Assembly (NCBI GenBank): GCA_934647235.1
Contig: CAKUFG010000004.1
Coordinates: 9,580-41,579, forward strand
Direction of reading: 5' to 3'
Source of the DNA: an uncultured Clostridia bacterium
Lineage (GTDB): Bacteria > Bacillota > Clostridia > Christensenellales > Aristaeellaceae
DNA length: 32,000 nucleotides
Shown: in pieces, positions 25,481-32,000 of the stretch
Position numbering within the stretch: position 1 is the stretch's first letter
How the letters are laid out: every line of letters begins with the position of its first letter
Program-made: the position numbers and the translations under genes
The notes under the pieces: generated by a model
Seen by the model: the letters and a program-made list of their open reading frames with translations, nothing else
The model's database searches: none
Told to the model about the DNA's origin: nothing

Positions 25481-27235
25481 ATGCTTAATTTGAATAACGC
25501 CATCCGCCATCAGGCCGATATCTGCGTGATCGGCGGCGGCATGTCCGGCATGATCGCCGCCATTTCCGCCGCGCGCCACGGGGCCAGGGTGGTGCTGATG
25601 CACGACCGTCCTGTGCTTGGCGGCAACGCCAGCAGCGAGATCCGCATGTGGATCCGCGGCGCGGCTGGCAAGGAAAACCGTGAGGCGGGGATCCTGCAGG
25701 AGCTCGAGCTGGAAAACATCTACCGCAACCCCACCATGAACTATTCCATCTGGGACAGCGTGCTGCTGCAGGCCGTGACGGCGGAAAAGAACATCACCCT
25801 GCTGCTCAACTGCTCCTGTCTGGATTGCCAGACCGCAGGCAGCCGCATCACGTCCGTCACCGGCTGGCAGCTGAATACCTACGCCTTCCACACTGTGGAA
25901 GCGCAGCTCTTTCTGGATTGCTCGGGCGACAGCATCCTGGCCCCGCTGTGCGGCGCTGCGTACCGCGTGGGCCGCGAGGGGCAAAGCGATCTGGGCGAAT
26001 CCGAGGCTCCCGCGCAGGCTGACCGCAAAACAATGGGCAATTCCTGCCTGATCGAGGCCCGGCAGACCGATCATCCCTGCCCGTTCATTCCGCCCAAGTG
26101 GGCGAACGTTTACCCCGATGACGCCAGCATGATGGACAAGAACCATGATTTCATCGGCACGGGCGTGAACTTCTGGTGGATTGAGCTGGGCGGCGAGCAG
26201 GATACCATTGCCGACACGCAAACGCTGAACATGGAGCTGCTCAAAATCGCCTTTGGCGTGTGGGATCATATCAAAAACCGCGGCGATCACGGCGCGGATA
26301 ACTGGGAGCTGGAATGGGTGGGCTTCCTGCCCGGCAAGCGCGAAAGCCGCCGCTACGAGGGCGACTATATGCTCACCCAGCAGGATCTGTCCACCGGCCG
26401 TCCCTTCCCCGATGTGGTGGCCTACGGCGGCTGGACGATGGACAATCACCTGCCTGCGGGCTTTTACGCGCCGGGCTACTCCTCGCACCATCTGCCCGTC
26501 AACGCGCCCTATCCTATCCCCTATCGCTGCCTGTACTCGCGCAATATCGATAACCTGATGTTCGCCGGGCGCAACATCAGCGCCTCGCACCTGGCCATGA
26601 GCTCCACGCGCGTGATGGCCACCTGCTCGCTGATGGGCCAGGCTGCCGGCACCGCCGCCGCGCTGGCCGTGGAAAAGGCGTGCGATCCGCGCGGCATTTA
26701 TCAGGATCATATGGCCGAGCTGCAGCGCCGCCTGATGGACGACGGCTGCTACCTGCCCGGCCTTACGCGCAGCCCCGTGCCGGTGCAGATCGATCTGCCG
26801 CCCGAGCAGCTGGCCATTCTGCAAAACGGCTGGGAGCGCCCGCATGCGGGCGTTGAAAACCGCATTCTGCTGCCCGCAGGCACGCGGCTGACCATCATCC
26901 TGCCCGCCCCCGCGCACCGTCAGGCGCTGCGGCTGGCGCTGGACCCTGATTTTTCGCGGGAGAGCATTTCCCCGCGTAAAAAGTATCAGGACTTTGCCAT
27001 GCGCACGCATGTGTTTGCGGACGATCCGCCGCTGCAGCTGCCCGCCCCGCTGCTGCGCGAGGCTGCCCTGATCTGCGAAATGCCGGACGGCCCCACGGTC
27101 ATAAAGCTCCGCCCCCACCAGGCGCTGCTGCATATTCCCCTGCCGGAGGGCGCATCCCGCCTTACCCTGTGCCTGGAATCCGCCTGGGGCGGCGGCGATA
27201 TCGGCCTGTATGGCTGCGAAATCACAGACGCTTAA
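25481..27235 (+). CDS. FAD-dependent oxidoreductase, long FAD_oxidored (PF12831)-like form with a C-terminal extension (584 aa)
   Basis: ADICVIGGGMSGMIAAISAARHGARVVLMHDRPVLGGNASSE, LDCSGDS, GKRESRRYEG, AGRNISASH...TRVM...MGQAAGTAAA, then about 150 further residues. The start is 1 nt after the kinase stop. Confidence 0.8.
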   Translation: MLNLNNAIRHQADICVIGGGMSGMIAAISAARHGARVVLMHDRPVLGGNASSEIRMWIRGAAGKENREAGILQELELENIYRNPTMNYSIWDSVLLQAVTAEKNITLLLNCSCLDCQTAGSRITSVTGWQLNTYAFHTVEAQLFLDCSGDSILAPLCGAAYRVGREGQSDLGESEAPAQADRKTMGNSCLIEARQTDHPCPFIPPKWANVYPDDASMMDKNHDFIGTGVNFWWIELGGEQDTIADTQTLNMELLKIAFGVWDHIKNRGDHGADNWELEWVGFLPGKRESRRYEGDYMLTQQDLSTGRPFPDVVAYGGWTMDNHLPAGFYAPGYSSHHLPVNAPYPIPYRCLYSRNIDNLMFAGRNISASHLAMSSTRVMATCSLMGQAAGTAAALAVEKACDPRGIYQDHMAELQRRLMDDGCYLPGLTRSPVPVQIDLPPEQLAILQNGWERPHAGVENRILLPAGTRLTIILPAPAHRQALRLALDPDFSRESISPRKKYQDFAMRTHVFADDPPLQLPAPLLREAALICEMPDGPTVIKLRPHQALLHIPLPEGASRLTLCLESAWGGGDIGLYGCEITDA

Positions 27236-27244
27236 ACTGCAAAC

Positions 27245-27285
27245 CAAAACGCCTGCAATCGGCATTCAGATTGCAGGCGTTTTTT
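27245..27285. terminator. bidirectional intrinsic terminator
   Basis: Perfect 12-bp stem: ACGCCTGCAATC (27249-27260) pairs with GATTGCAGGCGT (27269-27280). AAAA lies upstream and TTTTT downstream. It sits between two convergent genes. Confidence 0.85.
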
Positions 27286-28157
27286 CACGCTTTCTTTTTG
27301 CTGATCGCTTCAATCGCCATCGAGGCCAGCAGCCCTGCGGCGCAGATCACGCCGCCCCAGAAAAGGCCGCCGGAGATATTCTGCCCCAGCGCCAGATCAA
27401 TCGCAAGGCCGGTGAATATCTGCCCCAGGAAGGACAGCAGCGTCAGCCGGAAGGCAGCGATGCGCGGCACCGTGATATTGAGCAGCAGCACCACCGTTAC
27501 GCCCAGCATGCCGCCGCACAGCATCCACGGCGCAGGCGCGGCAGAGGGCTTCAGCGCCGTGCCGCCCGCCAGCAGCCACAGCAGCAGGCAGCAGGGAAGG
27601 CCTGTTAAATGGTTGAAAAACGAACCCGTCAGCGCGCTGGCCTTTTGCGACAGCCGTGCATTCACCGTGCGCGAAAACACATTGGTCACGCCGGCGGCAA
27701 TGGATACGAGCACCGCCAGCGCCGCATCCGCAATGGACGCATCCAGCATCACCGCCACGCCGATCAGAGAAATGCCCATGCCGATCCAGGTGGATTTGGC
27801 CACGCCGCGCCGGGGCATGCCCAGCAAGCCCAGCCCGTCCATCAGCGCGGCGGTCATGGTTTGCCCCAGCAGGCCCAGCGCCGTCAGGCTGGTTACGCTG
27901 ATGCGCCCAAAGGCGAAATTGTTAAAGAACGTGGTCAGCACGCCGATTACGCCGCCCAGATAGGCCCAGGCAGGGGCATACCGACGGGCGAATATCCTTT
28001 CCCGCCGGACCAGGCACAGTATCAGCGCAAAGGCCGTGCCCACCGCGTGGATGACCACCGCAGCGGTGTACTCGCCCACGCAGGCCGTCAGCCCGCCGTT
28101 GATGGACACCATGATGGAAATCACCGCGCCCGTCAGCAGCGCCAGCAGCATACTCAT
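27285..28157 (-). CDS. DMT-superfamily membrane protein with two fused DUF606 (YdcZ-like) repeats (about 290 aa)
   Basis: LLALLTGAVISIMVSINGGL...VIHAVGT in the first half, and AVLVSIAAGVTNVFSRTVNARL in the second half. About 10 predicted TM helices. The start is ambiguous among ATGs at 28166, 28163, 28157 and 28151, all after GGGAG. Confidence 0.7.
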   Translation of the reverse strand: MSMLLALLTGAVISIMVSINGGLTACVGEYTAAVVIHAVGTAFALILCLVRRERIFARRYAPAWAYLGGVIGVLTTFFNNFAFGRISVTSLTALGLLGQTMTAALMDGLGLLGMPRRGVAKSTWIGMGISLIGVAVMLDASIADAALAVLVSIAAGVTNVFSRTVNARLSQKASALTGSFFNHLTGLPCCLLLWLLAGGTALKPSAAPAPWMLCGGMLGVTVVLLLNITVPRIAAFRLTLLSFLGQIFTGLAIDLALGQNISGGLFWGGVICAAGLLASMAIEAISKKKA

Positions 28158-28179
28158 CGTCATCATCTCCCGTACATGC

Positions 28180-28253
28180 CTATTGTACGCCAGGCAGAGC
28201 CTGCTGCATATGACATTTGTCATGGTATTTGCGGACAAATTGGTGTACAATAG
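28180..28253. promoter_or_regulatory. inverted-repeat architecture in the divergent DUF606 / Crp-Fnr intergenic region
   Basis: CTATTGTAC (28180-28188) and GTACAATAG (28245-28253) are perfect 9-bp inverted repeats. Each supplies a TACAAT -10-like box facing its gene. Between them are the 14-bp palindrome ATGACATTTGTCAT (28210-28223) and ATTTG-CGGA-CAAAT (28227-28240). Confidence 0.35.
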
Positions 28254-28266
28254 CAGCAAAGGGGGC

Positions 28267-28941
28267 ATGCTGATGCAGTCAATCGCCTTAACCGCCGCCG
28301 CGCGCGCGGCCCTGAGCCGCTATGGTCTGGATGCGCGCACCCTGACCGGCTGCCGGGTGCAGCAGTATCAGCCGGGCGAAACCGTGCTGCGCCAGGGCGA
28401 CGACGCGGCGTATTTTCATATTGTGCTGGATGGCGCGGCCAAGGTGTGCGTCAACGCGCGCAACGGGCGGCATCTCATCCTGTGCTATTATGCCTCCAGC
28501 GGCGTGCTGGGCGATGTGGAATTGATGCTGCCCAGCCCAAAAACCACCAACACCGTCATCGCCGTCAGCGCCTTTTCCTGCGCGGCGGTGCCGCTGCGTG
28601 AAAACCGGGATGCGCTGCTGGGCAATCTGGCCTTTATCAGCCGCATTGGGCAGGAGCTGGCGCAAAAGCTGCTGCGCAGCAGCGATGCGCACATGATCTC
28701 CGCCCTCTATACCAGCCGTGAGCGCCTGTGCGCCTACATCCTCACCACCCAGCGGGGCGGGGTTTTCCGCGAATACCTGACCGACGCGGCGCAGTCCGTG
28801 GGCGTCAGCTACCGGCAGGCGCAGCGCATTATGCAGTCGCTCTGCGCCCTTGGCGTGCTGCAGAAGGTTGATTCCGGCTTTCAGATTCTGGATATGCCGC
28901 AGCTGCAGGCGCTGTCCTGTCAGGGCGAAGCCACTGCCTGA
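28267..28941 (+). CDS. Crp/Fnr-family transcriptional regulator (224 aa)
   Basis: cNMP-binding-type beta-roll (GETVLRQGDDAAYFHIVLDGAAKV) plus a C-terminal HTH (LTDAAQSVGVSYRQAQRIMQSL). Start ATG 28267 follows AAAGGGGG. The upstream part of the track ORF overlaps the divergent gene and is rejected. Confidence 0.8.
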   Translation: MLMQSIALTAAARAALSRYGLDARTLTGCRVQQYQPGETVLRQGDDAAYFHIVLDGAAKVCVNARNGRHLILCYYASSGVLGDVELMLPSPKTTNTVIAVSAFSCAAVPLRENRDALLGNLAFISRIGQELAQKLLRSSDAHMISALYTSRERLCAYILTTQRGGVFREYLTDAAQSVGVSYRQAQRIMQSLCALGVLQKVDSGFQILDMPQLQALSCQGEATA

Positions 28942-28961
28942 TTGTCGCCGCTTTCTCCATC

Positions 28962-28990
28962 TTGCGCTTTTCAAGCGGCTATGATATCAT
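28962..28990 (+). promoter_or_regulatory. weak candidate promoter for the metallophosphoesterase gene
   Basis: TTGCGC (28962-28967), 17-nt spacer, TATCAT (28985-28990). The -35 is a poor match. Confidence 0.25.
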
Positions 28991-29027
28991 ATGCCTGTCC
29001 AATGATAGGAAAGGAGCTGATTCGCCT

Positions 29028-29897
29028 GTGAAAACGCCCGCAAAACGGCCCCATACGCCCTCGCGGCTGGGCGTCCTGATGGCCTCGCTGCGTCCCCGGC
29101 GCTGGCTGTATCCAATCTACGCGGCGCGCCAGCTGCGGCTGGAACGGCACGAAATCAGCTCCGCCCACGTCCCAAGATCGCTGAGCGGGCTGAAGCTGGC
29201 CTACGCCTCGGATATTCATTACGGCGCGCTGCTGGATGCGGAGCGCGTAAACGATCTGGCGGCGCGTCTCAACGCCCTGGAAGCCGATATCATCCTGCTG
29301 GGCGGGGATTACGGCGAGGATGCGGCCCACAGCCTGGAATTCTGGCGCATCGTGCCCGCGCTGCACGCGCGCCTGGCCGTGTGCGCGGTCATCGGCAATC
29401 ATGACCGTGCGGATGGCGATATCGACGCGCTGTGCGCCGCCATGCAGGCCAAGAACGTCACCCCGCTGGTTAACAGCGCGCTCACGCTGCGCAGCGGGGA
29501 GGATACCATCGCCCTGTGCGCCACGGACGATTGCTATTGGGGCGATCCGGACTATCAGGACGTGGCCGCCCAGGTACGAGACGCGGATTATGTGATTTAC
29601 GCCCCCCATGCGCCCGACGCATTGGAGGACGCTTACAATGTACAAAAGGACCCGTTTTTTGATCTGGCCCTGTGCGGGCATACGCACGGCGGGCAGGTGA
29701 CGCTGCTGGGCTTTGCGCCCTACACCGCCAGCCAGCGCGGGCTGCGCTATGGCAACCATTACCGCTCGGGCGAAATTGAGGAGCACGGCGTCACCGTGCT
29801 GGTTTCCAACGGCGTGGGCACCACCTGGCTGCCGCTGCGGCTGGGCGCGCGGGCGCAGTATCACCTGATCACCCTCAGCCGCGCGCGGGCGCAATAA
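29028..29897 (+). CDS. calcineurin-like metallophosphoesterase (YkuE-like, about 289 aa)
   Basis: Motifs SDIHYG, LGGDYG, GNHD and CGHTHGGQV. GTG 29028 lies 11 nt after AAGGAG (29011-29016). The exact start is uncertain (TTG 28962 or a later ATG are possible). Confidence 0.8.
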   Translation: MKTPAKRPHTPSRLGVLMASLRPRRWLYPIYAARQLRLERHEISSAHVPRSLSGLKLAYASDIHYGALLDAERVNDLAARLNALEADIILLGGDYGEDAAHSLEFWRIVPALHARLAVCAVIGNHDRADGDIDALCAAMQAKNVTPLVNSALTLRSGEDTIALCATDDCYWGDPDYQDVAAQVRDADYVIYAPHAPDALEDAYNVQKDPFFDLALCGHTHGGQVTLLGFAPYTASQRGLRYGNHYRSGEIEEHGVTVLVSNGVGTTWLPLRLGARAQYHLITLSRARAQ

Positions 29898-29933
29898 ACG
29901 GGCCTTCATCAACAAAAGGAGAGGAATATTACC

Positions 29934-30842
29934 ATGTGGTTCTGGTTTTCCCTGGCTGCCCTGCTGTGCTGGAGCGGCTCGGATCTGTTTTCTAAAATTG
30001 GCTGCCGCGAAAGCAGCGATAAAACCGCCTACCTGAAAATGGTCATGGCCGTGGGCATTGTGATGGGCCTGCACGCCTGCTACGAAATCTTCGTAAACGG
30101 CGTTGAAATCAACATGAGCATCATCCTGACCTACCTGCCCGTATCGCTGCTCTACATCGTATCCATGGCCATTGGCTATATCGGCCTGCGCTATATTGAG
30201 CTGTCCATCTCCTCGCCCATCTGCAATTCCTCCGGCGCGCTGGTGGCCATCCTGACCCTCATCACGGCGGGCCTTGGCGATATGGGCGCGCTGCAGCTGC
30301 TTGCCATCGCGCTGGTAGCCGGGGGCGTAATCCTGCTGGGCGTGGTGGAAGCCACCGAGGACGACGAGCTGCGCGCCGCCCGTCAGGAAGCAGGCAACCG
30401 CAAATACGCCAAGTCCTTCCTGGCGCTGCTGCTGCCCATCCTTTACTGCGTAATCGATGCGGCGGGCACCTTTGCCGACAGCCTGGTGCTGGAAACCCTG
30501 GATGAAGGCTCCGCCAACGTGGCCTATGAGCTGACCTTCCTGGCCGCCGGTCTGATCGCGGGCGCGTATGTGCTGTTTGTCAAGCGCGAAAAGCTGACCC
30601 TGCGCAGCGAAGGCCCCAAGTATCTGGGCGCTGTGTGCGAGACCATCGGCCAGTTCTTCTATATCTATGCTCTGGCGGACAAGGCCCACGTGGCCATGAG
30701 CGCGCCCATCATCGCCTCCTACTGCGCGGTGTCAGTGCTGTGGAGCCGCCTGTTCCTCAAGGAAAAGCTGAGCTGGAAGCACTATGCGGCCATCGCCATC
30801 ACGGTGGCGGGCATTGCGATTATCGGCCTGTTGGATCCGTAA
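29934..30842 (+). CDS. EamA/DMT-family transporter (302 aa)
   Basis: About ten hydrophobic segments in two halves, with a WSGSDLFSKIG N-terminal motif. GGAGAGG precedes the start. Confidence 0.7.
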   Translation: MWFWFSLAALLCWSGSDLFSKIGCRESSDKTAYLKMVMAVGIVMGLHACYEIFVNGVEINMSIILTYLPVSLLYIVSMAIGYIGLRYIELSISSPICNSSGALVAILTLITAGLGDMGALQLLAIALVAGGVILLGVVEATEDDELRAARQEAGNRKYAKSFLALLLPILYCVIDAAGTFADSLVLETLDEGSANVAYELTFLAAGLIAGAYVLFVKREKLTLRSEGPKYLGAVCETIGQFFYIYALADKAHVAMSAPIIASYCAVSVLWSRLFLKEKLSWKHYAAIAITVAGIAIIGLLDP

Positions 30843-30884
30843 AGAAACCGATAAAAGTCAGCTAAACTGTGCTTTTCACCAAGC

Positions 30885-30913
30885 AAAAGCCCCGTCACAG
30901 ACGGGGCTTTTTT
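30885..30913. terminator. bidirectional intrinsic terminator
   Basis: GCCCCGTC (30889-30896) pairs with GACGGGGC (30900-30907). It is flanked by AAAA and TTTTTT, between convergent genes. Confidence 0.85.
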
Positions 30914-31533
30914 CATTTATTCTCCAACAAATCCTCCATGCCGTACAGCCCTGCCGGGCGGCCGATGATCCACCGAGCGGCGCGCAGTGCGCCATGGGCA
31001 AACACCGCGCGGCTTTCGGCGCAGTGTACGATGGTCAAATGCTCCTCGGGGCCGTAGAACCCCGCCTCATGCAGCCCGCGCACCGTGCCGCCGCGCACGG
31101 ACAGGATGCCCTCCCGCGGCAGCGCCATGGCCTGTGCCAGCACGATCGCCGTGCCGCTGGGCGCATCCACTTTGCCCGCGTGATGCCGCTCGATCAGCGC
31201 GCCGTCCCAGCCCGGCAGGCTGCCTGCCGCCTGCGCCAGCAGCCGCGCCATCACCGCCGCGCCCAGGCTGAAATTGGCCGAGCGCAGGATGGGCACGCGC
31301 TGCGCCGCCGCGTGAATTTGCTGCTGCTGGGCAAGCGAATAGCCCGTCGTGCCGCTCACCAGCGGAATGCCGCGCGCCAGCACGGCGTTAAGCACCGCGT
31401 CCAGCGCATCCGGATGCGAAAAATCAATCGCCGCCTCCGCCTTTTCCCCCAGCGTAAAGCCGTATTGTGCCGCCAGCGCCGCCACCTCGCGCCCCATGCG
31501 GCCCTCCGCGCCGAATAACAGCAGCCCCCTCAT
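30913..31533 (-). CDS. dapB: 4-hydroxy-tetrahydrodipicolinate reductase, short form (206 aa)
   Basis: FGAEGRMGREV dinucleotide motif and the catalytic motif ERHHAGKVDAPSGTA. The start ATG overlaps the dapA stop (ATGA). The 109 upstream codons in the track ORF are rejected. Confidence 0.85.
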   Translation of the reverse strand: MRGLLLFGAEGRMGREVAALAAQYGFTLGEKAEAAIDFSHPDALDAVLNAVLARGIPLVSGTTGYSLAQQQQIHAAAQRVPILRSANFSLGAAVMARLLAQAAGSLPGWDGALIERHHAGKVDAPSGTAIVLAQAMALPREGILSVRGGTVRGLHEAGFYGPEEHLTIVHCAESRAVFAHGALRAARWIIGRPAGLYGMEDLLENK

Positions 31534-32000
31534 GCGGGCAGCAGCCCATGCCGGGCCAGCAGGCTCTGCAATCTTTCGCGGCTGCCTGGCTGCAGGGGCA
31601 CCAGCGGCAGGCGCACCTCGGCACGGCAAAGCCCCAGCAGCGACAGCGCGTACTTGACCGGGCTTGGGCTGACCTCGCAGAACAGCGCGTCCGTCAGCGC
31701 AGCCAAGTGGCGCTGCTGCGCGGCGGCGGACTGCTCGCAGCCCTTCTGCTGGGATTGGCACAGGATACGCACGGCCTCGGGACACAGGTTGGACAGCACC
31801 GAAATCACCCCGCACGCGCCCAGCCGCAGGGCGGGAGCCATCCACTGATCGCTGCCGCAATACACAGGCAGCGGGGTCAGGGCAGTCAGGCGCGCAAGCT
31901 GCCCCAGATCGTCCGCCGCCTCCTTCACGCCGATCATCCCCGGATGGTGCGCCAGCCTTTCGCAGGTTTCGGGCAGCATGTTCAGCCCCGTGCGCGCAGG
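31530..32000 (-). CDS. dapA: 4-hydroxy-tetrahydrodipicolinate synthase, 3' portion (the 5' end lies beyond the window)
   Basis: PARTGLNMLPETCERLAHHPGMIGVKEA aligns with E. coli DapA [28 protein letters not shown]. The frame is open to position 32000. Confidence 0.85.
   Translation of the reverse strand, partial: PARTGLNMLPETCERLAHHPGMIGVKEAADDLGQLARLTALTPLPVYCGSDQWMAPALRLGACGVISVLSNLCPEAVRILCQSQQKGCEQSAAAQQRHLAALTDALFCEVSPSPVKYALSLLGLCRAEVRLPLVPLQPGSRERLQSLLARHGLLPA

Noticed and set aside
25334-27265. 643-aa minus-strand ORF, plus similar ones at 24178-25503, 22948-24165 and 21920-22945
   Set aside because: These are shadow ORFs antisense to flavoprotein 3, the kinase and the permeases. They show no motifs and have biased Arg/Ala/Gly/His content.
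28971-30689. 572-aa minus-strand ORF
   Set aside because: It is antisense to the metallophosphoesterase (which has all four phosphoesterase motifs) and the EamA transporter. It has shadow-frame composition.
30784-31860. 244-aa plus-strand ORF, and the 109-codon upstream extension of dapB
   Set aside because: The plus-strand ORF is antisense to dapB. The dapB extension overlaps the dapA coding sequence. The ATGA-coupled start at 31533 gives the Rossmann motif right at the N-terminus.

Overview
This is a GC-rich, gene-dense chromosomal window with strong GGAGG-type Shine-Dalgarno sites. The gene set (ECF folate S-component, ComEB-type dCMP deaminase, LCP protein, ATPase-less CUT1 sugar ABC operons) suggests a high-GC Firmicute/Clostridia-like organism; that taxonomic guess is inference only. 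I support 30 protein-coding genes, one of them truncated at the right window edge. I see no rRNA, tRNA, CRISPR array, transposase, integrase or prophage genes.

Gene order, left to right:
- a small ORF;
- pyk, a GH29 fucosidase and aspA on the minus strand;
- a divergent LysR regulator;
- sugar ABC operon 1 (binding protein plus 2 permeases);
- a tightly packed mixed operon: comEB, LCP, folT-like, nth, metal ABC ATPase, metal ABC permease, GH13 neopullulanase-like enzyme;
- the most interesting block (about 15.56-27.29 kb), described below;
- a fused DUF606 transporter divergent from a Crp/Fnr regulator, a metallophosphoesterase and an EamA transporter;
- dapB and dapA on the minus strand.

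The 15.56-27.29 kb block holds a xylose-isomerase-like TIM-barrel gene, a LacI repressor, two tandem FAD-oxidoreductase paralogues, sugar ABC operon 2 (binding protein plus 2 permeases), a ribulokinase-like FGGY kinase and a third, longer FAD oxidoreductase. The block contains no glycoside hydrolase, no araA/araD and no ABC ATPase. Four copies of a 16-bp CG-centred palindrome (consensus TTTAGACC|GGTCTAAA) sit in front of the TIM-barrel gene, the LacI gene and the first flavoprotein gene. I propose this block as a candidate undescribed, flavin-dependent (non-hydrolytic) carbohydrate, glycoside or polyol catabolic system.

All functional calls rest on motifs I recognise in the translated ORFs. 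No database or HMM search was possible. The many long ORFs antisense to these genes look like high-GC shadow ORFs and were rejected.
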